32,000 bases of DNA from Candidatus Heimdallarchaeota archaeon (GCA_030149205.1 JASBSB010000001.1:420001-452000); one strand, 5' to 3'; positions 1 through 10,625 are shown, numbered from the stretch's first letter. Translations and numbers: made by a program. Notes: generated by a model from the letters alone, not told the origin.

Positions 1-22
1 CAAAATACAATTTACTTTTCAT
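1..22 (-). CDS. Possible 5' end of a gene running off the window (MKSKLYF...)
   Basis: ATG at 22-20 on the minus strand is open to the edge. A TTTATAAG TATA-like box (45-52) lies about 23 nt upstream, which fits a leaderless archaeal transcript. Only 7 codons are visible. Confidence 0.25.
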
Positions 23-412
23 AATTTAATTTTTTTTTATTAAGCTTATAAACTTACATTGTTAAAAAAAAATTGCTCTACCCGATCATTCGTAATTGAA
101 TTAATAATGTTTACATTTTTATATTATTATTCAGCAATTACAAAGGAAAATTAATTTAGCTCTTGATTTTATCCTCTTTTCCTCTGTTTATAATACCCTT
201 CAATTAATGGAGGGTTAACTAGAATTGTAAAACTCATACTAAGGTATAGGTCAAATCTATATCTAAAACAATTTATGTTGCGTTCATCGAAACTCAAAAA
301 TTATATTAATCAACCTTTAAAATATAAATTTTAGTTTAAATTGAAAGAAGAGACTACATCAATGAAGGGCAACAACATCGTTAATATCCAGACATAAATT
401 ATTATCTGCATT

Positions 413-1360
413 TTATATCAAACTTTTACATTTATTTCCAAATTTCTTTTTATTAAATTCCAAATAACCCCTCGTTTCTGGTTCTTCTAAAGATAATTTT
501 GTTGTCGCTAAAACTTTAACTTGACTTGGTATTTTTGGAATTCTGTAATCTATACCTTCAATCTTATCAATGTTAAATTTAGTTCCGGTACTAGTAATTT
601 CTAAGAAATTCTTAAAACTATCGCTATCAAAAATATTTACTAACTGTTCAAAAAGCTCAGGAAAATTAATTTGTTTATTTAGTTTCTGAATTTTTATTCC
701 AGCTCCTATTAAGGAAGATCTTTGGATACTTGGTTTATTAATAGCTACTTCAAGTTGATTTCTAGCTTTAATTAGTTGAACTAATTCATCAGGAATAGAT
801 GTGAAAAACAAACGATCTATTCCAATATTTAAATCGAACACTACATCATCCACTTCAAATTTCGAATAAGTTTGTTCCATTAACTTTACATCACGAATAG
901 AACACATTAACCAATGTGATTCTATTTGATCGTTGGTTTTATCTTTATCAATTGAACTCTGAACTTTAACTAATTCATCCAAGTATGTTGGAGATAATTT
1001 TTGACCAAAAGTAATACGGTATTTGCTTGCTTCTGGTATCATTGAAACTGGAAATTCCCAAGTTTCATTTTTATCAATCCATTGATTATTATCTATGTCC
1101 TTAAAATTACCTGCTTCTAGTTTTGGTTTGACTGAAAAAATATCTTTCGACACAGCTAGTGTCCTTCCTTTGATTGTTGAATCATAAATAGGCCCCTCTA
1201 GTAAGTATGAGTAAATTGCTTGTTGATTTTTGTAATTAATTTGCATTGATTTGGCTTGTGGGTCTAATTTTTTTAAGTCATTCTGGAATTTTGGGGGAAG
1301 AGAGCTTAACCTTTTAGCTTCATCCCTAGCTTCCTTCCTTTTTTGTTGTCTACTTTTCAT
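413..1360 (-). CDS. Hypothetical protein, 315 aa
   Basis: Long ORF whose ATG directly follows the TAA of the upstream gene (TAAATG at 1363-1358). Charged N-terminus. No family recognised. Confidence 0.8.
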   Translation of the reverse strand: MKSRQQKRKEARDEAKRLSSLPPKFQNDLKKLDPQAKSMQINYKNQQAIYSYLLEGPIYDSTIKGRTLAVSKDIFSVKPKLEAGNFKDIDNNQWIDKNETWEFPVSMIPEASKYRITFGQKLSPTYLDELVKVQSSIDKDKTNDQIESHWLMCSIRDVKLMEQTYSKFEVDDVVFDLNIGIDRLFFTSIPDELVQLIKARNQLEVAINKPSIQRSSLIGAGIKIQKLNKQINFPELFEQLVNIFDSDSFKNFLEITSTGTKFNIDKIEGIDYRIPKIPSQVKVLATTKLSLEEPETRGYLEFNKKKFGNKCKSLI

Positions 1361-2440
1361 TTAAATTCCTCTTATATTCATTATCAGATCTTTATCTTCG
1401 AATTTGGGATTTTTAACCAAAAATTTTACCATCCCCGTTTTGTTTCTTCGATTATCTTGGACATCAACTGCAAACTCAATTGGCTCATACACATTTCCAA
1501 GGAGATCTTTATAGGTGAATTCGTAAATTAATTTATTAAGTGGGGTTTCCAGATCATTAGGTATAGTTGCGTAGGTTTCTCGAAGTGAAATGCGATCTGT
1601 GGGGTTTGTACTTGTGATTTCATTCATTACATTTGCTAACATAACTCCTAACCTTTTGAGAAATTCACTTGATGGGATGTTAGCTATCCATTTATTAATC
1701 GTTATTTTCATTAATTCTTCATTTTCATCTTTAAATTTATTTCCAACCGCTATTTCGCCTATCTTTTTTGATACTCTTTTAAGGGTTTCTTCAAAATCTA
1801 CTAACCGAGCACCGGAAATATCTTTTTCGTCTAATTTGTCATCATTAGATTTACTTTGAAAATACCCTAAGTTATACATCTCTCTTATTAACGATTCTTC
1901 AACAGAATATGATTTGGAGATCAGTTGGCCAAGATGTGTTTTGACCTTGATTTCAGGTTTAACATCACCAAATCCACTATACTGCATTATAACAAAGAAA
2001 TCAATTAGTGTATTGCTCTCTTCAAGAATTATTTTTTTTGTATTATCTAATAATTTAATCTTAGGTCTAAATATTTGGATTAAAAATTTTCTGCTGTCAA
2101 TAATTTTACTCCTATTAATTACCACAACCTCGAGGTATCTCTGATTTGCGAGATCCTCTGGAAGTTTAATAAATTTTAATTCTAAGCCAAAATAAATTGA
2201 ATCAAGAAGAGAACTTGTAATACAATTTTTTTTTTCAATGGTATAATAACCTTCTGGGTCGATTGATTTAAGTAGGTCTTTGATTTCGTCAAATTCTAAA
2301 TTCCAAAAATCTACTAATTCCAGATCCTCATCTAATTTAATTTTTATGCTTTCTATATTTTTTGAATTTACCATTATACCAATAGGTATTTGTTCCTTTG
2401 GCAAACACCATTTTGGTATATTTACGAATTTTATACTCAA
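1361..2440 (-). CDS. Hypothetical protein, 359 aa, probably beta-rich at both ends
   Basis: Long ORF with a TTG start, coupled to the downstream gene. The C-terminal YKDLLGNVYEPIEF..V.D.R segment looks conserved, but no function was recognised. Confidence 0.8.
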   Translation of the reverse strand: MSIKFVNIPKWCLPKEQIPIGIMVNSKNIESIKIKLDEDLELVDFWNLEFDEIKDLLKSIDPEGYYTIEKKNCITSSLLDSIYFGLELKFIKLPEDLANQRYLEVVVINRSKIIDSRKFLIQIFRPKIKLLDNTKKIILEESNTLIDFFVIMQYSGFGDVKPEIKVKTHLGQLISKSYSVEESLIREMYNLGYFQSKSNDDKLDEKDISGARLVDFEETLKRVSKKIGEIAVGNKFKDENEELMKITINKWIANIPSSEFLKRLGVMLANVMNEITSTNPTDRISLRETYATIPNDLETPLNKLIYEFTYKDLLGNVYEPIEFAVDVQDNRRNKTGMVKFLVKNPKFEDKDLIMNIRGI

Positions 2441-2565
2441 TCAAGTTTAGAACAATTAACTATTATAAGAATATTATCGACATTATTAAGACCAGAGTTA
2501 AAAACTTTATAACAGTCACAATTAAGGATATATGAAATGGTATCTTTGATAAATTTTCCCAATTT

Positions 2566-3459
2566 TTATCCATATTTTCTATTTAGCAAATATAGCTCAG
2601 TTCTGTCATTTGCAAGGTCAACATAGTCTCTGTTGAGCTCAAATCCTAGAAATTTTCTGTTGGTTTTTAATGCCACTAAACCGGTGGTTCCACTTCCCAT
2701 AAAAGGATCGAAAATCACATCTCCTTCAAAGGAATACAATTGAATACACCTGTAGACTAACTCTTCGGGAAACGGTGCAGGATGTCCTATCTTTTTAGCA
2801 GACACGGTATTAAATCTCCAGATTGACTTAGTGTACTCCATAAATTCTGTTTTGCTTATAGTATCGTTCCTTTCCCCCTTGTGTCTCTTTAACGTACCTT
2901 TGGAAAAGACCAACAAGTATTCATGAACATCTCTTAAAACCGGGTTTGAAGAGCTCTTCCAGGATCCCCATGCACACGAGCTTCCAGCACTTGCCCCCTT
3001 ATCCCAGATTATCTCACCCCTCTGAACAAATCCAATTTCTCGGAATATATGGGACACATAATCCGTAATTGGAATGTAGGGTTTTCTCCCTATGTTTGCA
3101 AGGTTAATAACAATCCTTCCTCCATCGACCAATTTTGGGAAAATTGATTCGAACACCTCTTTAATGAGACTAAGATACTCATGTAGTGTCAAATCGTCAT
3201 CATACAGCTTCCTGCTATTATAGGGAGGAGAAGTTACAACCAGATGTATTGAACTGTCGGGAATCTCACTGAGATCTCTACTGTCAGATTGATGTGTTTT
3301 ATTAATCATATCGGGGGGAATTGTATTTTGAATATTGTCTGATGAATCTGTCCTAACTTTTTCTATATGTTCATACATAAGAGAATCATAAAAATAACTG
3401 CTGTCATGGCTTTCTCTCTTACTGGAGCCGAATTCACTGGTTTTAGTTCCCCTTGACAA
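2566..3459 (-). CDS. Site-specific DNA amino-methyltransferase, beta class (N6_N4_Mtase; SPPY suggests m4C)
   Basis: Catalytic motif IV VTSPPY precedes HPAPFPEEL and the SAM-binding DPFMGSGTT, which is the beta-class motif order. Confidence 0.92.
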   Translation of the reverse strand: MSRGTKTSEFGSSKRESHDSSYFYDSLMYEHIEKVRTDSSDNIQNTIPPDMINKTHQSDSRDLSEIPDSSIHLVVTSPPYNSRKLYDDDLTLHEYLSLIKEVFESIFPKLVDGGRIVINLANIGRKPYIPITDYVSHIFREIGFVQRGEIIWDKGASAGSSCAWGSWKSSSNPVLRDVHEYLLVFSKGTLKRHKGERNDTISKTEFMEYTKSIWRFNTVSAKKIGHPAPFPEELVYRCIQLYSFEGDVIFDPFMGSGTTGLVALKTNRKFLGFELNRDYVDLANDRTELYLLNRKYG

Positions 3460-3491
3460 CTGTTAATCCTCTCATCGATTAAGTCTTGCTC

Positions 3492-3513
3492 AAAATGTAA
3501 ATGATTACATTTT
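3492..3513. promoter_or_regulatory. Perfect 9-bp inverted repeat AAAATGTAA-atga-TTACATTTT just upstream of the methyltransferase start
   Basis: Seen directly. A role as an operator is inferred; AT-rich palindromes can arise by chance. Confidence 0.35.
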
Positions 3514-3554
3514 CTAGCACATAGCAAATTGTTTATCTTGAAACCATATAAAAA

Positions 3555-3592
3555 CTTCGCGTTAACTAGAAAATTTTTAATTATACGCGAAG
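3555..3592. promoter_or_regulatory. 8-bp inverted repeat CTTCGCGT-N22-ACGCGAAG in the divergent MTase/icmF intergenic region
   Basis: Seen directly. The arms are GC-rich in a very AT-rich background. Function is inferred. Confidence 0.45.
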
Positions 3593-3874
3593 ATTTCTTG
3601 TTTTATTTTAAATAATTTTTTAACATCAATGGTATTTCGCGGGAAATTTCAAAATCAGTTCACCTGGTCATTTCAGAATCTTTTACGTTGTAAGCTCCAA
3701 AGCAAATATTTCAAGAGTAATTGACGCGCCATCACACCTTCAAGATTGTGTGCTATTTGAGTATTCAAACCATATGTGTTTTATTTGAAGGAGAATCAAA
3801 GAAATAAACTTATTCTACTCTTCTACTAATACCAAAAATATTTAGAACTATAGCAATATAAGAGGATTGATTAT

Positions 3875-6800
3875 ATGCAACAACTAGCCGAGTCAGAGAT
3901 TTACCATTCAAAACACAAGGTTCGTGTAATCACAGCAACCTCATTATTCGACGGTCATGATGCCACCATTAACATCATTAGGCGTATTCTACAAGATTCA
4001 GGAGCTGAAGTTATTCATTTAGGGCATAACAGAAGTGTTTGGGATGTAGTTAAAGCTGCAATTCAGGAGGATGCACAAGGAATCTGTGTCTCAAGCTATC
4101 AAGGAGGTCACATGGAATATTTCAATTACATGAGAGAACTGTTGGACAAGCTAGGAGCAAGTCACATTAAGATTTTTGGAGGGGGTGGGGGAGTTATAAT
4201 TCCTGATGAAATCAAAAAACTGGAATCTTCAGGGATACAAAAGATATTTTCTCCAGATGATGGTAGGATACTAGGGCTTCAGGGTATGATAAATGTTATT
4301 TTAAAAGAGTGTGATTTTTCTACACCCTCAATAGATGTTCTCGACTCAAACAAAATTGAGGACACTTGGAAGAAGACTGCAAGTTTGATATCCTTAGCAG
4401 AAAGACAAAAATTTAACCCAACTTCGCAGAGTAGAGCCATCCCTGTAATTGGGATCACTGGAACAGGTGGAGCTGGAAAATCTTCTCTGACGGATGAGCT
4501 TGCCAGACGTGTCTCAATTGACTTTCCGAAAATTAAAATCGCAATTATATCAATTGACCCATCTAAGAGAAAGACAGGAGGAGCCCTGTTAGCAGATAGA
4601 ATTAGGATGAACAGTTTGACTCATTCTGACATGATTTATATGAGGTCTTTAGCGACAAGAAGAGCTAATTTTGCAACTAGTGAGGCTGCATTAAGTGCGA
4701 TTGACATCTGTAAGGAGATGAATTATGACCTTATTATTTTAGAAACATCTGGGATTGGACAGTCAGGGTCAGAAGTCGTGGATATTGCAGATATCTCAAT
4801 ATATGTAATGACAACTGATTATGGTGCATCAACTCAGCTTGAAAAAATTGATATGATTGATTTTGCTGATTTTATTGTTATAAATAAATTTGAGCGACAG
4901 GGATCACTTGATGCACTAAGAGATGTTAGAAAGCAATACAGAAGATCTAGAAAGATTTTTGACACTGAAAAATACCCAGATGAAACTCTTCCAGTTTTTG
5001 GGACAATGGCAAGCCAATTTAATGATGCAGGAGTTAATTCACTATATTTAGCTTTGTTGGGTCTAATCAATGATCGATTCGATAATTTAGAGTTTATTTC
5101 AAATTTGGATAAGGAACATCAGTTACCAACCGGCATCTCTACCCGTAATGTTATAGTCCCACCGGAACGAGTTAGATATCTCTCAGAAATTTCAGAGACG
5201 ATTCGGGGTTATAAAAATCAAGCGAAAGAACAAGCAGAACTAGCAAGAGAGTTATGGCATCTTATCTCCGTTAGAGATAGGTTGGTAAACACTAGTCAAC
5301 CTACGGAGCTTATTAACTTATTAAACAAAGATATTGACGAATTATTTACCAATTTAAACTCAGATGTGGCTGACATCATTGATAACTGGAATGAGGTAAA
5401 ATCCAGATATCAAAATCCAGAGTTTGTTTACAAAGTTAGAGGGAAAGATATTAAGGTGAAAACATCAACAGAGTCACTTTCACACCTACAAATCCCTAAA
5501 GTTGCCCTCCCAAGGTACAAAGATTGGGGAGAAATTGTATCCTGGACTTTATTAGAAAATGTTCCTGGGGAATTTCCCTTTACTGCAGGAGTTTATCCAT
5601 TCAAGCGAACTCAAGAAGACCCAACAAGGATGTTTGCTGGTGAAGGCCCACCAGAGAGAACAAACAAGAGATTTCATTATTTATCTGATGGTCAACCTGC
5701 TGCAAGATTATCTACAGCATTTGACTCAGTAACATTGTATGGTGAGGATCCAAATGAGAGGCCAGACATTTTTGGGAAAATTGGAGAGAGTGGAGTTTCT
5801 ATCTGTACAATCGAAGATATGGAAAGACTGTATGCTGGATTTAATTTGTGTTCTCCTAAAACATCAGTCAGTATGACAATAAATGGCCCTGCTCCGATAA
5901 TGCTTGCATTTTTCTTCATGACTGCCGTCCGTCAGCAGGTCAGAAAATGGGTGGTTGACCAAGGGCTGTTAAAGCCAATGGAGGCATTTGTGGTCTCAGG
6001 TGATGGGAGGGTTGGTTACGATGTTCATCTGGGAACTAGTCTAACTGTTGAAAAAAATCTCACAAAGAGTTGGGAGGAAATCAAGAAACTGGTACCCAAC
6101 GATATCTATGAGGAAATTAAATCTCAAACATTTACCTCTGTTAGAGGCACAGTACAGGCAGATATTCTTAAAGAAGATCAAGCACAAAACACCTGTATAT
6201 TTTCCACCTTCTTTTCACTGAAGATGATGGGGGATATTCAAGAATATTTTGTGAATCATAATGTGAAGAATTACTATTCTGTATCAATCTCTGGGTATCA
6301 TATTGCTGAGGCTGGAGCAAACCCTATAACCCAGACAGCATTCACACTTGCTAACGGATTCACATATCTAGAGTATTATAGAGCTAGAGGGTTGGATGTA
6401 GATAAATTTGCACACAACTTCTCATTCTTTTTCTCAAATGGTCTTGACCCAGAGTACAGTGTCATAGGTAGAGTCGCTAGAAGAATCTGGGCTGTGGCTT
6501 TAAAACACAAGTATAATGCAGGGAAGAGAAGCCAAATGTTGAAATACCACATACAAACAAGTGGAAGAAGTTTACATGCACAAGAGGTTGATTTTAATGA
6601 TATTCGAACGACCTTACAGGCACTTTTGGCAATTTATGACAATTGTAATTCACTTCACACAAATGCATATGATGAGGCTGTCACAACGCCTACAGAGGAA
6701 TCTGTGAGAAGGGCAATGGCTATTCAGTTAATTATTAACAGGGAGTTTGGGTTAACCACAAATGAAAATCCCAACCAAGGTTCATATATTATTGAAGAAC

Positions 6801-7246
6801 TAACAGAATTGGTAGAAGAAGCCATTCTATCTGAGTTTGACAGGCTAACTGAAAGAGGGGGGGTGTTAGGAGCAATGGAAACCCAGTATCAACGTGGTAA
6901 AATACAAGAAGAGTCATTATATTATGAGACGTTAAAAGCAACTGGAGACCTTCCGATTATGGGAGTAAACACTTTTTTGAACCCTCATCGTAAGAGCAAT
7001 ACACTTGAGGTCCCCTCACTAATTCGAGCATCACACGAAGAAAAAACACTTCAAATCAATAGATTAAGAGAATTTCAGTCAAAACATAAGGATCTAGCTG
7101 TTGAGTCCCTTAAGCAATTACAAAAAGTATCAATAGAGGGTAAAAATATTTTTGAAGAGCTACTTCAAACAGTTGAGAGCTGTAGTCTTGGTCAGATAAG
7201 CAAAGCATTGTATGATGTAGGTGGAGAATATAGAAGAAATCTATAG
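3875..7246 (+). CDS. icmF: Fused isobutyryl-CoA mutase / MeaI GTPase chaperone (AdoCbl-dependent)
   Basis: N-terminal B12-binding domain (FDGHD, SSYQGGH, FGGGGG), then a MeaB-type G domain ([21 protein letters not shown]), then a mutase barrel ([44 protein letters not shown]). Phe and Gln sit at the positions of MCM Tyr89 and Arg207. Confidence 0.96.
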   Translation: MQQLAESEIYHSKHKVRVITATSLFDGHDATINIIRRILQDSGAEVIHLGHNRSVWDVVKAAIQEDAQGICVSSYQGGHMEYFNYMRELLDKLGASHIKIFGGGGGVIIPDEIKKLESSGIQKIFSPDDGRILGLQGMINVILKECDFSTPSIDVLDSNKIEDTWKKTASLISLAERQKFNPTSQSRAIPVIGITGTGGAGKSSLTDELARRVSIDFPKIKIAIISIDPSKRKTGGALLADRIRMNSLTHSDMIYMRSLATRRANFATSEAALSAIDICKEMNYDLIILETSGIGQSGSEVVDIADISIYVMTTDYGASTQLEKIDMIDFADFIVINKFERQGSLDALRDVRKQYRRSRKIFDTEKYPDETLPVFGTMASQFNDAGVNSLYLALLGLINDRFDNLEFISNLDKEHQLPTGISTRNVIVPPERVRYLSEISETIRGYKNQAKEQAELARELWHLISVRDRLVNTSQPTELINLLNKDIDELFTNLNSDVADIIDNWNEVKSRYQNPEFVYKVRGKDIKVKTSTESLSHLQIPKVALPRYKDWGEIVSWTLLENVPGEFPFTAGVYPFKRTQEDPTRMFAGEGPPERTNKRFHYLSDGQPAARLSTAFDSVTLYGEDPNERPDIFGKIGESGVSICTIEDMERLYAGFNLCSPKTSVSMTINGPAPIMLAFFFMTAVRQQVRKWVVDQGLLKPMEAFVVSGDGRVGYDVHLGTSLTVEKNLTKSWEEIKKLVPNDIYEEIKSQTFTSVRGTVQADILKEDQAQNTCIFSTFFSLKMMGDIQEYFVNHNVKNYYSVSISGYHIAEAGANPITQTAFTLANGFTYLEYYRARGLDVDKFAHNFSFFFSNGLDPEYSVIGRVARRIWAVALKHKYNAGKRSQMLKYHIQTSGRSLHAQEVDFNDIRTTLQALLAIYDNCNSLHTNAYDEAVTTPTEESVRRAMAIQLIINREFGLTTNENPNQGSYIIEELTELVEEAILSEFDRLTERGGVLGAMETQYQRGKIQEESLYYETLKATGDLPIMGVNTFLNPHRKSNTLEVPSLIRASHEEKTLQINRLREFQSKHKDLAVESLKQLQKVSIEGKNIFEELLQTVESCSLGQISKALYDVGGEYRRNL

Positions 7247-7309
7247 ATTCAGGAACAACATAATTTAAGCAAGACACAATTTTAAAAACCAATTTTTCAT
7301 AGGGATATT

Positions 7310-8737
7310 ATGGTATTATTTGCGAAGGAAATTTTTCATCAAGATTATGAAATAGATGAATGCTACTATGAAAAAGCTAGAAATTCTATCCTTCATTCTC
7401 AGGTAAAGGCATTCTTTAACTTGACAAATGATCAAATAGTTGAACGGTATTCATATTTAAACCCACATGTCAACAAGGATGAACTACATAAACTCCTCAC
7501 AAAATATAAACCTGCAAACTTTCGATGGGCTGGTGCAGACCTTTTTCCTGTAACAAGTCAACAGGGAAACCGTGGTTTGTTGGTGATAGAAACAAACTCT
7601 TGTCCTTCAGGACAAAAGTCATTTCCTATGAGGGATGAGGCAGATGATTATAGAGGATATAAAACCCTTATTGAGGAGTCATTCTTACCCTACATTAAGA
7701 ATAGCTCAATTGATGGAAAGGTTGCAATAATTTTTGATAAAAACCACATGGAAGCATTAGGATACGCTATAACGATTTCTGAGGCAATCAATGAATCAGT
7801 CCTACTCGTAGAGGATTACTCTAATGATATTGATTCTCCAGTCCAAATCAGAGATGGGGTAATTTTTGTTAAAGATGAAAGCTCAAATTGGATTCAGATT
7901 AAAGCAGTATTTAGATATGTTACACAGAAACCTTGGAACAGGATTCCCATACAGACTAAAACTTTGATCTACAATCCTATCATCGCCTGTCTTGCCGGAG
8001 GAAGAAATAAGTTAATTGCTGCAAAAGCTTATGACATATTTAACGGAGATTTGGCAGGATATGGCTTGAAGTTGAGTTACCCTGAAACTATTTGGGACGT
8101 ATCACATGAAGAGATCCCATTATGGGTAGAGAGAATGGGTGGTAGAGCCGTAATAAAGATTCCATATTCTAATGCAGGTCAAGGAGTGTTCACCATCACA
8201 AGTGAGGATGAGCTTAATGAATTTATGGGGAAGGAGTCTCAATATGAGAAATACATTGTACAGCCATTAATAGGACCCTCTCATTGGGAAAGAGAAAGCA
8301 TTGTACAGAGGTATTTTCACTTAGGTACGATTCCTAACAAGAAATTAGAGTCATACATTTTTGACTTACGGATGATGATCTGCCATACTCCCTCAGGATA
8401 CAAACCTGTGGCAATCTACGCAAGACGAGCAAAAGAGAAGATTCATGAGGAAGTCAGGGACTCCTGGGATATGATTGGGACAAATCTATCACAAAAAATT
8501 GGAGAAAACAAATGGAAATCTGATACTTCTCGTTTACTAACTATGGATACTAAGGAATTCAATAGGTTAGGACTTAGTTTAGACGATTTAATTGGAGGAT
8601 ATATTCAAACAGTTTTTGCTGCAATCGCTATTGATAGATTGTCTCAAAAATTGTTAAATGATGATTCTATGTTGGACATAGACCTCTTCAGGTCACTGAA
8701 CCCTGATGATAAATTGATATCTGAAATTTTGAAATAA
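7310..8737 (+). CDS. Circularly permuted ATP-grasp-type amide/peptide ligase
   Basis: GADLF...VIETNSCPSG (D...ExN metal-binding motif) is near the N-terminus. VIKIPYSNAGQGV (Lys plus Gly loop), YIVQPLI (hinge) and FDLRMM come later, which is the permuted order. Substrate unknown. Confidence 0.7.
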   Translation: MVLFAKEIFHQDYEIDECYYEKARNSILHSQVKAFFNLTNDQIVERYSYLNPHVNKDELHKLLTKYKPANFRWAGADLFPVTSQQGNRGLLVIETNSCPSGQKSFPMRDEADDYRGYKTLIEESFLPYIKNSSIDGKVAIIFDKNHMEALGYAITISEAINESVLLVEDYSNDIDSPVQIRDGVIFVKDESSNWIQIKAVFRYVTQKPWNRIPIQTKTLIYNPIIACLAGGRNKLIAAKAYDIFNGDLAGYGLKLSYPETIWDVSHEEIPLWVERMGGRAVIKIPYSNAGQGVFTITSEDELNEFMGKESQYEKYIVQPLIGPSHWERESIVQRYFHLGTIPNKKLESYIFDLRMMICHTPSGYKPVAIYARRAKEKIHEEVRDSWDMIGTNLSQKIGENKWKSDTSRLLTMDTKEFNRLGLSLDDLIGGYIQTVFAAIAIDRLSQKLLNDDSMLDIDLFRSLNPDDKLISEILK

Positions 8738-8738
8738 C

Positions 8739-9773
8739 TTATGGCTGAGATAATGGTGGAGGGTCTCCGATTACACCTAAATGGATGATCCTATCACCAG
8801 TTGAGACGACTGGGTTAACATTTTTTCCAACAATGATGCCAGCCTCTGGGGATTTATAAGTGATATCATCTCTGCCATAAATATCTCTTAAGGTGGCAAT
8901 TACAGAACCTTCCTCTATTTTTTCAATAAGTTTTGGGTAGACCTCCAATATGCCTCCATCAAAACAACGTACCCAATATGATTTTTTACAAATTACTGGG
9001 GGAATTCTAGGTTGTATGATGTCACCGTCCATCATTTTCAGATATTTCATAACATTTTCAATTGAATGAATACCTTCAACGGTTAGTTTATTCTGAAATA
9101 CCTGAGGATTTCCAAGTTCAATCGTTATTGCAGGATGACCACTTTTGACTGAAGCGCTCCGAAATGAACCTACTGGCCCTTTTGTATGAACAATTATTTG
9201 AGCATGTTGTAGAGAAGCTAGTTCGTTAACCACAGGATGTGTGAGATCAGCCCGTATATAATGGGAATTAATTCTTCCAAATGAAGCAGTATGAAGGTCA
9301 ATGTGATAATCAAAATAAGCTGCTATCCTTGAAAATATACTATGGGCGTACTCCTGTGATGGAGTCCCTCTTGCTTTACCAGGCATTATTCTGTTTAAAT
9401 CTTTCCCATCAATAAACTCACGTTTATAATTTAGGTATCCCGGAATGTTAATAACTGGAACACCTATAATAGTACCTTTAAGCTCATTTGGATCCAAAGA
9501 GTGAAATATTTCATGAATTATTGGAATCCCATTTATTTCGTTTCCGTGGATCGCAGCAGTAATACCTAGAACGGGTCCAGGTTTTTTCCCCTTAATTGCG
9601 AGAATAGGTGCCCCTATCTTTCTACCAAGCCTATCCTCAAACAAATCAATTGAACCGAAGGATAAAACTTCCTCTGGAATTTTATTTATATCTAATCGGG
9701 TATTCTGCCAATCAATTCCCTGATTTTCTTTAAAATGACTACTTGGTCCCACAATCATAAAATCGTGCAACAC
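8739..9773 (-). CDS. Succinylglutamate desuccinylase/aspartoacylase family (M14-like) zinc hydrolase
   Basis: HGNE (HxxE), PVINIPG, DLNR.MPG, DLHT and IELG motifs, plus a C-terminal barrel-sandwich-like extension. The start could be GTG 9773 or ATG 9758. Confidence 0.9.
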   Translation of the reverse strand: MLHDFMIVGPSSHFKENQGIDWQNTRLDINKIPEEVLSFGSIDLFEDRLGRKIGAPILAIKGKKPGPVLGITAAIHGNEINGIPIIHEIFHSLDPNELKGTIIGVPVINIPGYLNYKREFIDGKDLNRIMPGKARGTPSQEYAHSIFSRIAAYFDYHIDLHTASFGRINSHYIRADLTHPVVNELASLQHAQIIVHTKGPVGSFRSASVKSGHPAITIELGNPQVFQNKLTVEGIHSIENVMKYLKMMDGDIIQPRIPPVICKKSYWVRCFDGGILEVYPKLIEKIEEGSVIATLRDIYGRDDITYKSPEAGIIVGKNVNPVVSTGDRIIHLGVIGDPPPLSQP

Positions 9774-10224
9774 AATTTAAACCATATTAAACTTAAATTA
9801 TCTAATTGTATTTTTTGTGTTAATATGTTGGTAGCGAATTTCCATCGATCAACGTATCAACATTCATAGATTAATTAATATCTTTGGTCTGAAAATTTAA
9901 GAGGCTTTGATCGTCTAATATTAAATAAGAGCAATTTAACTTTTTTCTGATAACCTATTACCCTTTATCGTTAAAAATTAGCCTTAAGATCTAAACCATT
10001 AAAATTCAAATTATTGGCTCGATTGTTTCTTACTTCTTGAGTTATGGGGAGGTAACGGATGACTTATCAGATAAACTGTGAGACAAAGTGAATATATATC
10101 AGAAAAGTGAGTTTAGATCTATAGAAACATAGGTTTTTGTCCGTTTAATCGATAATTATTCATAAAATATTTAATATTTAGGAGAATTAGAGTATACTTT
10201 ATATAGTTAAATACATATCAAATA

Positions 10225-10563
10225 TTGATACATATGTGGCATACACTTGATGGATATTGGTACATGATGAATTATGCGTGGATGTGGATTTCAATGTATA
10301 TCGTTGTAATCCTTACATTAGCGTTTATTAGTTCAAGAAGAGATGAGAACACGTTTTTATGGGTCTTACTTTTTATATTCTTCCCTATGATGTCTATTTT
10401 CGTTTATTTGATATATATAGTCATTCAGCAACCAGAAGAATCTAAAATAACAACTACTCCGGAGACAAACCAAACAAACAATACTTCAAAGTACTGTTCT
10501 GAATGTGGGGCCATGAATCCAAGAATTGCGAAATTCTGTACGGAATGTGGAACTACCTTCTAG
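10225..10563 (+). CDS. Small membrane protein with two TM helices and a C-terminal zinc ribbon
   Basis: Two hydrophobic segments, a Thr/Asn-rich linker, then CSECG...FCTECG. ATG 10234 is an alternative start. Confidence 0.8.
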   Translation: MIHMWHTLDGYWYMMNYAWMWISMYIVVILTLAFISSRRDENTFLWVLLFIFFPMMSIFVYLIYIVIQQPEESKITTTPETNQTNNTSKYCSECGAMNPRIAKFCTECGTTF

Positions 10564-10625
10564 AACAGGAAAAGATATTTCAAATTATTCACTTTTCCCT
10601 AACTATTAACTACCTGTAAAGCGGG

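Noticed and set aside
195-215. 8-bp hairpin ACCCTTCA-attaa-TGGAGGGT as a terminator
   Set aside because: About 200 nt beyond the nearest stop, includes a G-U pair, and has no clear adjacent U-tract. Insufficient support.
1343-2144. Short plus-strand ORFs (62, 89 and 76 aa)
   Set aside because: They lie antisense to the 315/359-aa genes, have no motifs, and show typical shadow-ORF composition.
413-2440. Calling either orphan gene the cognate restriction endonuclease
   Set aside because: No convincing PD-(D/E)xK, HNH or GIY-YIG motif. Kept only as an unassigned defence hypothesis.
3600-3874. Cobalamin riboswitch upstream of icmF
   Set aside because: Only an isolated GGGAA is present. The B12-box and GCCACTG-type conserved elements and their pairing were not found. 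An Rfam/Infernal scan would settle it.
4178-6863. G-rich runs in icmF (about 4178-4192 and 6857-6863) as phase-variation tracts
   Set aside because: They encode conserved glycine motifs (FGGGGG, RGG), so protein constraint explains them.
4834-7292. Short minus-strand ORFs (78, 75 and 60 aa) within or overlapping icmF
   Set aside because: Antisense shadows of a highly conserved gene.
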